This document shows positions 22,321-29,725 of a DNA stretch of 30,579 nucleotides, in pieces (position 1 is the stretch's first letter; every line of letters starts with the position of its first letter). Position numbers and translations under genes: made by a program. Origin of the DNA: a virus; IMG/VR virus record IMGVR_UViG_3300004941_000003, positions 1 through 30,579 of that record; one strand, 5' to 3'. The notes beneath the pieces were generated by a model that saw only the letters and a list, made by a program, of their open reading frames with translations, was not told where the DNA came from and searched no databases.

Positions 22321-22845
22321 ATGAAAAATCTATTTAAAGCAATTGCTGATTTTCAGCAAGAAGTACCAACGATTCACAAGGGAACAAAGGGCTACGGCTA
22401 CAGCTATGCAGACCTCCCTACTATCTTTGAAAAGATTAACCCTTTACTAAAAAAGCATGGCTTAGGCTTCATGCAGCACTTAGGAACTAAAGAGGGCGTT
22501 AACTACATTGAAACTATTATCTTTCACATTGACAGCGGGGAGAAAGTTTCTAGTGAGGTTGCTATGCCTTACGTACAATTAAAGGGGATGAATGACTTTC
22601 AAAGTTTTGGTTCGGGAGTTACTTACTTTAGACGTTATGCTTTGAGTTCAGCTTTAGGACTTGTAACAGATGTAGATAACGACGCAGCTGGTGAACAAGA
22701 AAAGAAAGTAGTTAAGAAAGCAAGTTTAACTTCTGCTCAGTTCAACAAAGCGGTAAAAGCTATTGCTGAGGGTACTTACACAAAGGAGGAACTTATAGAA
22801 AAGTTCGAGTTAACTAAAGAACAAACTAAAAGCCTAGAACAATGA
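22321..22845 (+). CDS. erf: ERF-family single-strand annealing protein
   Basis: FQQEVPTIHKGTKGYGYSYADLPTIFEKINPLLKKHGL ... GSGVTYFRRYALSSALGL is typical of the ERF superfamily. Confidence 0.7.
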   Translation: MKNLFKAIADFQQEVPTIHKGTKGYGYSYADLPTIFEKINPLLKKHGLGFMQHLGTKEGVNYIETIIFHIDSGEKVSSEVAMPYVQLKGMNDFQSFGSGVTYFRRYALSSALGLVTDVDNDAAGEQEKKVVKKASLTSAQFNKAVKAIAEGTYTKEELIEKFELTKEQTKSLEQ

Positions 22846-23549
22846 ATAAATACTATTGTCATGCTTCGGGGGTTGGTAAAATAATGGCTAACCCTCGCAC
22901 GAAGTCGGAGTTCTTAAGTAAGACGGCTAAGACTGCTGTAGAGGAGCAATTTTTATATAATGAGTTCGGAGTTAAAAAAGACTTCTCTAACCGATATACT
23001 GAAAGGGGTACTAACCAGGAGGACGAAAGTATATTATTTTTCTCAAAGGTTACGGGTAACTTCGGAGTTCAGAAAAACGAGGAACGCTTTAAAAACGATT
23101 ACTTTGTAGGAACGCCCGACATAATTACTGAGGATTCAATTATTGACATAAAGACAAGCTGGGACGCTACTACGTTTCCTTGGTTTGATAGCGAGCTGCC
23201 GAATAAAGATTATATGTACCAGCTTTTGGCTTACATGGACTTAACAAGAAAGCTTAACGGCTACGTGGCTTATTGTTTAATCAATCATACAGAGGATGCT
23301 ATTCAGGACGAGATAAGAAGGGAAACGTGGAAACTAAAAGCTATTGACCCTACAGACGAGCAAGCACTAGAGATAGAGCAAAAGGTTAGAGATAGAATGC
23401 AGTTCGATAGAATACCTGAGAATTTACGTGTAAAGATATTCGAAGTTGAGTACGACGAAAACACGGTAAACAAAATGAAAGAAAGAGTAAAGGAGTGTAG
23501 AGAATATTATTCTATGCTTGAAGCGTCAATTAGTAAATTAACAAAATAA
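22842..23549 (+). CDS. YqaJ/lambda-Exo-like PD-(D/E)XK exonuclease
   Basis: GTPDIITEDSIIDIKTS provides the D...D-x-K core, with YQLLAYM downstream. It is adjacent to, and overlaps, the ERF gene as the expected exonuclease partner. Confidence 0.55.
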   Translation: MNKYYCHASGVGKIMANPRTKSEFLSKTAKTAVEEQFLYNEFGVKKDFSNRYTERGTNQEDESILFFSKVTGNFGVQKNEERFKNDYFVGTPDIITEDSIIDIKTSWDATTFPWFDSELPNKDYMYQLLAYMDLTRKLNGYVAYCLINHTEDAIQDEIRRETWKLKAIDPTDEQALEIEQKVRDRMQFDRIPENLRVKIFEVEYDENTVNKMKERVKECREYYSMLEASISKLTK

Positions 23550-23551
23550 AT

Positions 23552-23803
23552 ATGGAAACAATTTTTGCAGAGGGTTTAATCGTTAAAAAGAATGATAACG
23601 CGCCCGACTTCGTGCTATGTAATTTAAGCGTAAAGGTCGAAGAGTTTGAGAAGTTTATGAAAGCTAACGTAAAGAACGGCTGGGTTAACTTGAGTGTATT
23701 AATGGGTAAAAGTGGCAAGCCTTACGCGAAGCTAGATACCTACGAGCCAAAGGAGGAAACAGTAGCACAAGCCGCACAAGAGAGCGACGATTTACCTTTT
23801 TAA
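23552..23803 (+). CDS. Short SSB-like protein with an acidic C-terminal tip
   Basis: 83 aa ending in ESDDLPF, which resembles the conserved SSB C-terminal DDDIPF tail. It lies directly after the ERF and exonuclease genes. Confidence 0.45.
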   Translation: METIFAEGLIVKKNDNAPDFVLCNLSVKVEEFEKFMKANVKNGWVNLSVLMGKSGKPYAKLDTYEPKEETVAQAAQESDDLPF

Positions 23804-23804
23804 T

Positions 23805-24005
23805 ATGAAAAAAACAGAAGTACTTAAAAAGCTAGACGAGTTAGTCCCTCAGTTAAGAGATGAGGTTAAATGGACTAAGATAGAAGCAACCGCTGCAGTA
23901 GTTCAAACGTATCGAAGTTTTAGACACGTGGCGAAGCTTCAGGGCTTACATGAAAGCAATGTAAAAAGAAGATGCGAAAAGTTTATTCTGGGTTATGAGA
24001 AATAA
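23805..24005 (+). CDS. Hypothetical protein (66 aa), possible HTH
   Basis: FRHVAKLQGLHESNVKRRCEKF looks HTH-like. Weak call. Confidence 0.4.
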   Translation: MKKTEVLKKLDELVPQLRDEVKWTKIEATAAVVQTYRSFRHVAKLQGLHESNVKRRCEKFILGYEK

Positions 24006-24048
24006 TGTTATCTTTGTCGTGTTTCATGGTTTAGTTTTAATGTTTAGG

Positions 24049-24075
24049 GGGAAGTTTAACGACTTCCCTTTTTTT
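24049..24075 (+). terminator. Rho-independent terminator closing the early/middle region
   Basis: Stem GGGAAGT (24049-55) / ACTTCCC (24062-68), 6-nt loop, then T7 (24069-75). Confidence 0.8.
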
Positions 24076-24078
24076 ATT

Positions 24079-24086
24079 TATATTTG
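24079..24086 (+). promoter_or_regulatory. Host-type -7 box (TATATTTG) only 5 nt upstream of the sigma-factor ATG
   Basis: TATATTTG at 24079-24086 and ATG at 24092. This implies a leaderless or near-leaderless transcript. Confidence 0.5.
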
Positions 24087-24091
24087 TCAGC

Positions 24092-24586
24092 ATGGAAAGA
24101 ATATACGCCCAGCATAAGAAGTGGGTAAACATAGTAAACAACTTAGGAGGTGGAGACTTCTCCGAGGACATAGTACAGGAGATGTATATTAAGCTTATGA
24201 ATATCGAGCTAAAAGAACAAACAGCTGATACTTTCGTATATTATATATTAAGAAACATGACTTACGACCTACACAGGAAACAAAAGAACGTCTGTAAGGT
24301 AGATTTAAACGAGTTAAGATTCCTAACTTATGAGGAGTGCGAGGGAAAAGAGGAACTAGAAATAATACACGAAAGAATAGAAGAAGAAGTAGACAGCTGG
24401 CACTGGTACGATGAGATGCTATGGAAGCTATACAAAGAGGGTAGGAGCATGAGAGAACTAAGCAACGAAACAAAGATAAGTTTAAGCTCAATCTTTCACA
24501 CTATAAAAACCTGTAAGGAGAGAATAAACGAAGCGGTAGGGGAATCGTATGAGGATTATTTGAACGGAGATTACGAATGGATATGA
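24092..24586 (+). CDS. Phage-encoded sigma-70 family (ECF-like) sigma factor
   Basis: Region 2-like SEDIVQEMYIKLMN and FVYYILRNMTYDLHRKQK. Region 4 HTH-like MLWKLYKEGRSMRELSNETKISLSSIFHTIKTCKERI. The 164-aa length is typical of group IV sigma factors. Confidence 0.75.
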   Translation: MERIYAQHKKWVNIVNNLGGGDFSEDIVQEMYIKLMNIELKEQTADTFVYYILRNMTYDLHRKQKNVCKVDLNELRFLTYEECEGKEELEIIHERIEEEVDSWHWYDEMLWKLYKEGRSMRELSNETKISLSSIFHTIKTCKERINEAVGESYEDYLNGDYEWI

Positions 24587-24780
24587 CAACAGGAAAAGCA
24601 TTTAAAATACTAGACAACTTTATAGAGAACTATCCCGACTATGAAGAGATAATTTTAAGCAAAGAGATTTACACAAGGATAGGACTTGACGAATACAAGG
24701 AACGCAAATTAATAACCAGCCCTTACGTACCTAAAAGAAGCGTATACGGGGTTAAATTAGAAGACAATGGAGAAGAGTAA
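24577..24780 (+). CDS. Hypothetical protein (65-67 aa)
   Basis: The ORF overlaps the sigma stop. The start could be ATG 24577 or ATG 24583 (ATGA overlap). Confidence 0.45.
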   Translation: MDMTTGKAFKILDNFIENYPDYEEIILSKEIYTRIGLDEYKERKLITSPYVPKRSVYGVKLEDNGEE

Positions 24781-25204
24781 CGAATACTACGAGAACTTAG
24801 ACAAACGTACAAAGGAGTACAAAGAATGGAAGGAACGCTTCAACGAGGCAAACGAGGAAACCTCAGAGGGCCTAGGAGATACTATAGAGAAAGTAACAGA
24901 AGCTACAGGAATAAAAAAGCTAGTTAAGTTTATAGCTGGTGACGACTGCGGCTGTGATGACAGAAAAGAGAAACTAAATAAGATATTTCCTTATAATAAA
25001 CCTGAGTGTTTAGAAGAGGACGAATATAACTATCTAGCAGACTTCTTTAGTAAGCCTAAGACAATGATTAAACCCGACGAACAAAAGGAACTAGTAAAAA
25101 TATATAACAGGGTTTTACACTACGACTTTAAACCTACAAGCTGCGGAAGCTGTTTTAGAGGGGTGCTCAACAAACTAGAAACTCTATTTAATCAATACCA
25201 ATGA
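24767..25204 (+). CDS. Hypothetical protein with two Cys pairs (145 aa)
   Basis: DDCGCDD and TSCGSCF suggest possible metal binding. No family recognised. Confidence 0.45.
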   Translation: MEKSNEYYENLDKRTKEYKEWKERFNEANEETSEGLGDTIEKVTEATGIKKLVKFIAGDDCGCDDRKEKLNKIFPYNKPECLEEDEYNYLADFFSKPKTMIKPDEQKELVKIYNRVLHYDFKPTSCGSCFRGVLNKLETLFNQYQ

Positions 25205-25386
25205 TGTACTACTACATAAAGTTCAACAAGTCAGTAGGAGACATGGACTTAATGCGAGAGGTAATAGAACACGTAAAACACGGACAATATATAATAGACT
25301 TCGTAGAACACTTAGAAGACGACCTAGACGTGGAAATAATAGACATAGACAGAGAGCAGTTCGATATGCTTTTAAACATGAATTAA
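25201..25386 (+). CDS. Hypothetical acidic protein (61 aa)
   Basis: ORF with an ATGA overlap. Confidence 0.45.
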   Translation: MMYYYIKFNKSVGDMDLMREVIEHVKHGQYIIDFVEHLEDDLDVEIIDIDREQFDMLLNMN

Positions 25387-25405
25387 AAGTTAATTTATAT
25401 TAATT

Positions 25406-25696
25406 ATGGATAAGAGGAAACAAAACGGAGGACACTCAACAAAAAGTAAAGGAGTAGACAAACGTAAGAACGAATATAGAGAAGCCCTACAACTAGCAGC
25501 AGATGTAGACGACGTAGTTAGAGTATTACAAACGGTATACAAGAAAGCTACACAGGACAACGATATACCAGCAGCTAAATTATTTTTAGAGTACTACCTA
25601 GGCAAGCCAAAAGAAAGCGTAGATATACACACTACAGGGGAAAACGTAGTTAGTTTTAATGACTTACTGAAAGCCGTAAGGAGTGATAAAGATTAA
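25406..25696 (+). CDS. Terminase small subunit candidate
   Basis: 96 aa with a basic N-terminus (KRKQNGGHSTKSKGVDKRK). Its end overlaps the large-terminase start. Assigned mostly by position. Confidence 0.4.
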   Translation: MDKRKQNGGHSTKSKGVDKRKNEYREALQLAADVDDVVRVLQTVYKKATQDNDIPAAKLFLEYYLGKPKESVDIHTTGENVVSFNDLLKAVRSDKD

Positions 25697-26885
25697 CGAA
25701 AAGTATTTAGTCTTAGATAATGATTCGCGCTACTACATTTGTACAGGTGGTCGTGGTTCGGGCAAGTCGTTTTCTATTGGATTACTTCTTTGTCTTTTAA
25801 CTGTAGAACCTAACCATGTTATTCTTTTTACTCGTTATACTTTGCGCTCAGCTGGTATATCTATTATTCCCGAGTTCTTGGAGAAAATAGAGCTACTAGG
25901 CTGGCAGGATAGATTCCATATAACCAAGGACGAAATAATAAACAAGCAGTCGGGCAGCCGTATACTATTCAGAGGTATTAAGACAAGCTCAGGAGACCAA
26001 ACAGCTAACCTCAAATCTTTACAAGGGGTAACAACTTGGGTCCTCGATGAAGCAGAGGAGTTAACCGATGAGGAGACCTTTGATAAGATAGATTTAAGCG
26101 TAAGGGCGAAAGGAATACAGAACAGGGTAATACTAATAATGAACCCTAGTACAAAAGAGCATTGGATATATAACCGTTTCTTTGAAGTAAGGGGAATACA
26201 GGAGGGAAGCAACGTCACAAAGGGGGACACTACCTACATACACACAACCTATCTAGACAACTTAGACAACCTCAGCGAAAGTTATATTAATCAAATAGAG
26301 AACATAAGAACACGAAGACCTGAGAAGTTTAAACACCAAATACTAGGTGGCTGGCTCGACAAAGCAGAGGGCGTTATATTTAGCAATTGGACGATAGGCA
26401 AGTTTGAGCAAGCAGCTCCGAGCGTATACGGGCAAGACTTCGGATTCTCAGCGGACCCGACTACATTAGTAGAGACAAGCATAGACAAGGCAAACAAGAA
26501 AATATATATTAAACTACATTACTATAAGCAAGCGTTAACAACTTCACAGATAGCAGAATTAAACAAACGATTCGCGGGGAGCAGTTTAATAGTAGCGGAT
26601 TCAGCAGAGCCTAGGTTAATAAGTGAGCTAAGCGTAAGTAATAACATAGTCCCTACAATCAAGGGGCAAGGTTCAGTGACTTACGGTATTGCATTGCTTC
26701 AAGACTTCGACTTAATTATAGACGAGGGAAGTACCGACTTAATCAAGGAACTAAACAACTACTGCTGGTTGGAAAAGAAAAGCAGCACGCCTGTAGATAA
26801 ATACAACCATGCTATCGATGCGCTTAGGTACGCTGTAAGTTATCAACTAGAGAACCCGACTAGGGGAGAGTACCATATAAGGTAG
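25683..26885 (+). CDS. Terminase large subunit (PBSX/Terminase_3-like)
   Basis: Walker A GGRGSGKS, Walker B VLDEAEE, and nuclease-domain motifs ADSAEPRLISEL and HAIDALRYAV. The start is apparently GTG 25683, because there is no in-frame ATG upstream of the Walker A motif. Confidence 0.9.
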   Translation: MIKINEKYLVLDNDSRYYICTGGRGSGKSFSIGLLLCLLTVEPNHVILFTRYTLRSAGISIIPEFLEKIELLGWQDRFHITKDEIINKQSGSRILFRGIKTSSGDQTANLKSLQGVTTWVLDEAEELTDEETFDKIDLSVRAKGIQNRVILIMNPSTKEHWIYNRFFEVRGIQEGSNVTKGDTTYIHTTYLDNLDNLSESYINQIENIRTRRPEKFKHQILGGWLDKAEGVIFSNWTIGKFEQAAPSVYGQDFGFSADPTTLVETSIDKANKKIYIKLHYYKQALTTSQIAELNKRFAGSSLIVADSAEPRLISELSVSNNIVPTIKGQGSVTYGIALLQDFDLIIDEGSTDLIKELNNYCWLEKKSSTPVDKYNHAIDALRYAVSYQLENPTRGEYHIR

Positions 26886-26900
26886 GTTAACTTAATAAAT

Positions 26901-26954
26901 GGGAGGGGAATAATGTTAAGCGCATAGAGGCTAAGTATACTAGCCACCCCTCTC
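26901..26954 (+). other. Imperfect nested hairpin downstream of terL, without a T-tract
   Basis: Outer stem GGGAGGGG (26901-08) / CCCCTCTC (26947-54) with one G-U pair. Inner stem GGCTA (26929-33) / TAGCC (26941-45) with a 7-nt loop. Confidence 0.4.
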
Positions 26955-26967
26955 ACTACCGACTTAA

Positions 26968-26993
26968 TACAAAAACACAATTAAACGTATATA
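26968..26993 (+). promoter_or_regulatory. Candidate late promoter/leader motif (TAC-N15-CGTATATA, 4 nt before ATG 26998)
   Basis: CGTATATA at 26986-26993, then attt and the ATG. The -35-like position has TAC rather than AAC. Confidence 0.35.
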
Positions 26994-26997
26994 ATTT

Positions 26998-27705
26998 ATG
27001 AAAGTTAAGATACAACTTCCTGAGAGCTTAAGAGAGGTAACGCTCGCACAATACCAGCACTTTTTAGAACGTGCAAAAGGTCTAGGAGAAAACGAGCTAA
27101 AGGCGTTAATGGTAGAATGCTTTTGTTTGATACCAGCGGACAAAGTTAAGCTAATAGAACGCGCTTCTGTAGAGGAGGTATGTTTACACTTAGATAACTT
27201 ATTTATTCAAGAGAAAAGTCTAGTAAACAAGTTCGAGTTAAAGGGCTTCAAGTTCGGCTTCGTGCCTAACCTTGACGAGATGAGCTTCGGGGAGTACGTG
27301 GACTTAGATAAGTACATAGGAGACTGGTCTAATATGCACAGGGCAATGGCTGTTTTATTCAGACCTATAGGAACTGAGATAAAAGAGGAGTACACTATAG
27401 TACAATACGAGGGGAGTGATGAATACGCGGAACTAATGAAGTTAATGCCTTTAGACGTAGTGTTAGGCGCACAGGTTTTTTTTTGGAATTTAGGAAGCGA
27501 GTTACTAGCAGCTTTACCGAGTTATTTAGAGAAGGAGGGGAGGGCGATTATTCAACTAGGGCGCAGTTCGGGAGAAAGTGGGGATGGTATAGCTCAATCT
27601 ATCAACTCGCTAGAGGGGATGTTAGAAACTTTGAAGCAGTCACTAAGCTCAGACTTTCAACAGCACTCACTTACCTCACTTTTGAAAGCGAGAAAAACAG
27701 AATAG
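26998..27705 (+). CDS. Tail assembly chaperone-like protein (G-like, zero-frame product, 235 aa)
   Basis: LTLAQYQHF..., FGEYVDLDKYIGDWSNMHRAMAVLFRPI and the presence of an internal slippery run with a -1 ORF fit the tail-assembly-chaperone G/GT paradigm. Confidence 0.5.
   Translation: MKVKIQLPESLREVTLAQYQHFLERAKGLGENELKALMVECFCLIPADKVKLIERASVEEVCLHLDNLFIQEKSLVNKFELKGFKFGFVPNLDEMSFGEYVDLDKYIGDWSNMHRAMAVLFRPIGTEIKEEYTIVQYEGSDEYAELMKLMPLDVVLGAQVFFWNLGSELLAALPSYLEKEGRAIIQLGRSSGESGDGIAQSINSLEGMLETLKQSLSSDFQQHSLTSLLKARKTE
27476..27484 (+). promoter_or_regulatory. T9 slippery run (candidate programmed -1 frameshift or transcriptional slippage site)
   Basis: Zero-frame codons are GTT TTT TTT TGG (27475-27486). 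The -1 frame is open from 27423 to 27740. Confidence 0.6.
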
Positions 27706-27740
27706 AGACAAACGAGATAAAGAAACAATTTAAAAGATGA
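27483..27740 (+). CDS. -1 frame extension (T-like part) of the chaperone. Predicted fusion product is about 247 aa (162 aa of the G frame plus 85 aa).
   Basis: It is the only + strand ORF of at least 61 aa fully embedded in another + strand gene. It begins exactly at the T9 run, and its TGA (27738-40) overlaps ATG 27737 of the next gene, whereas the zero-frame stop leaves a 31-nt gap. Confidence 0.55.
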   Translation: MEFRKRVTSSFTELFREGGEGDYSTRAQFGRKWGWYSSIYQLARGDVRNFEAVTKLRLSTALTYLTFESEKNRIETNEIKKQFKR

Positions 27741-28189
27741 CATCATACTACGACATACTAAACACTATTAAGGCACAGTTAGAAGCTGATGTATTCGTTA
27801 ACACGGTAACTCAAGGAGATATATTCGACGTTGATTTAAGCAAGCAGACTATCTTTCCGCTTAGTCATATAATGGTAAACAGCGTAAACAGGGAAAGCAA
27901 TATATTAAGATTTAGTGTTACTGTTATGTGCATGGATATAGTAGACAAAAGTAAAACCGAGACTACAGATATATTCTTAGGCAACGACGACGAACAGGAC
28001 GTATTAAACACTCAGTTAGCTGTAGCACTTCGTATGCTTGAGATATTCGACAGGGGAGACAACGTAAGAACTTTTAGAATAGACGGAGACCCTACAATAG
28101 AGCCTTTTACAGAAAGGTTCGAAAACTACTTAGCTGGATGGGCTGTTACCTTCGATATATTAGTACCTAACGACATGACTATATGTTAA
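27737..28189 (+). CDS. Neck / tail-completion-like protein (150 aa)
   Basis: Small protein in the tail/neck block. Overall pattern resembles head-tail joining proteins. Assigned by position. Confidence 0.35.
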   Translation: MTSYYDILNTIKAQLEADVFVNTVTQGDIFDVDLSKQTIFPLSHIMVNSVNRESNILRFSVTVMCMDIVDKSKTETTDIFLGNDDEQDVLNTQLAVALRMLEIFDRGDNVRTFRIDGDPTIEPFTERFENYLAGWAVTFDILVPNDMTIC

Positions 28190-28701
28190 GTGACGAGGTA
28201 AAAATAGAGCTTAGTAAATTCGCTAAGGCGGTGATTAAGTCAAGCCGTAGCAACCTAACACGCAAAGGTAAGAACGCGAGTAAGGAGCTTTATAGGTCGT
28301 TAGACTTTGATTTAAACGTAACAAAGAACTCTTTTAGCTTAGCTTTTCTTATGGAGGCGTACGGTAAGTTTCAAGACGTAGGGGTAAGCGGTAAAAAGAA
28401 GAAATACAACACCCCCTTTAGTTACAAGTCAAAGATGCCTCCAGCTAAGGCGTTCGACAAGTGGACTATTAAAAAGGGGTTAGCTCCTCGAGACAAAGAG
28501 GGGAAGTTTATAAGCCGCAAGAGCTTGAACTTCTTAATAGCCCGCAGCGTATATAACAACGGAATAAAGCCTAGCCTGTTTTTTACTAAGCCCTTTGAAG
28601 CAGCGTTTAAACGATTACCTGAGGACTTAATAGAGAAGTTTGGACTAGACCTAGAAGACTTTTTAACATTCACAACTAATAATTTACCTAATGGCAACTA
28701 G
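28183..28701 (+). CDS. Neck / head-tail joining-like protein (172 aa, basic)
   Basis: The ORF overlaps both neighbours. Assigned by position only. Confidence 0.3.
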   Translation: MLSDEVKIELSKFAKAVIKSSRSNLTRKGKNASKELYRSLDFDLNVTKNSFSLAFLMEAYGKFQDVGVSGKKKKYNTPFSYKSKMPPAKAFDKWTIKKGLAPRDKEGKFISRKSLNFLIARSVYNNGIKPSLFFTKPFEAAFKRLPEDLIEKFGLDLEDFLTFTTNNLPNGN

Positions 28702-29725
28702 CATATTTGTACGAAGCCCTTACATAGTTAGTAAGACTAGCTCAGTAGGAAACGTCGTAAAAGCGGAACTATATATTTACAATAACCCCTCAAGTGTACC
28801 TATTAACCCTACTTATACTTTGAGCAAAGTTATACCTAGTTCAATAGCAACTACAGCGCATTTTGATATAAGCCCTTACTGTAGGGAGTACATTTCTTTT
28901 CAGAAGTTTACAAGTGCTTCAGTAGAGACAGCAGCGGGGAACAGTGAGTATTGTAATATACAAGTAAAGGTCTACGTAAACGAGGTACTCGACAGCACTA
29001 CAGATTATGTAGCTTTTGACGGCTTCGGATATTACGAGCAAGGATATAACCCAAGCTTAGGAGATACAAGCGGGATAACAGACAGCGCAGTATTTTTAGA
29101 TGAGGGTACTTACTATGTACAGGAGACAGGAAACGGAGGAGGCATCTACTTTAACAACGTCTCTGGTAGTTTAACGCAAGCGGTTTATAATTCAACAGAC
29201 GCTATAAGCTTAAACAACGGGGTTAAATTCGTGCCTTACGTACACCCTAGCCACATAGGAGTAACTAACATAGTAGAGATTTACGAGGCGGGCTTCCCTG
29301 TACGCACTTACACCTTTGAGCCTATATGTGAGCCTAAGTACACGCCTTTAGTATGTGACTTTATTAATCAGTACGGGGTATGGCAGCAAATTATTTTCTT
29401 TAAAGCAAGCGAGCGTAACTTCGAAGCAACGGGAACTGAATACAACTTAATGCCGTCTAGTATCAATTACGACATTTACGAGAACAGGAGACAGGTATTT
29501 AACAGAAACGCGAAAAAGAGCATAACAGCTAACACGGGCTTCGTACCTGAGACTTACAGCAACGTAATGAAGTCAATGTTATTAAGTGAAAAGATAATGC
29601 TAGACAATGAGCCTGTAAAGCTAAGAACTCAAAACGTAAAATTACAAGAGCATATAAACGACAAGCTAATTAATTACAGGGTAGAGTTTGAGTACAGCCA
29701 TAACCAACTAAACTACGTTATATAA
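28691..29725 (+). CDS. Virion structural protein (distal tail/baseplate candidate, 344 aa)
   Basis: Beta-rich protein immediately upstream of, and overlapping (TAATG), the 801-aa tail-tip gene. Confidence 0.35.
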   Translation: MATSIFVRSPYIVSKTSSVGNVVKAELYIYNNPSSVPINPTYTLSKVIPSSIATTAHFDISPYCREYISFQKFTSASVETAAGNSEYCNIQVKVYVNEVLDSTTDYVAFDGFGYYEQGYNPSLGDTSGITDSAVFLDEGTYYVQETGNGGGIYFNNVSGSLTQAVYNSTDAISLNNGVKFVPYVHPSHIGVTNIVEIYEAGFPVRTYTFEPICEPKYTPLVCDFINQYGVWQQIIFFKASERNFEATGTEYNLMPSSINYDIYENRRQVFNRNAKKSITANTGFVPETYSNVMKSMLLSEKIMLDNEPVKLRTQNVKLQEHINDKLINYRVEFEYSHNQLNYVI

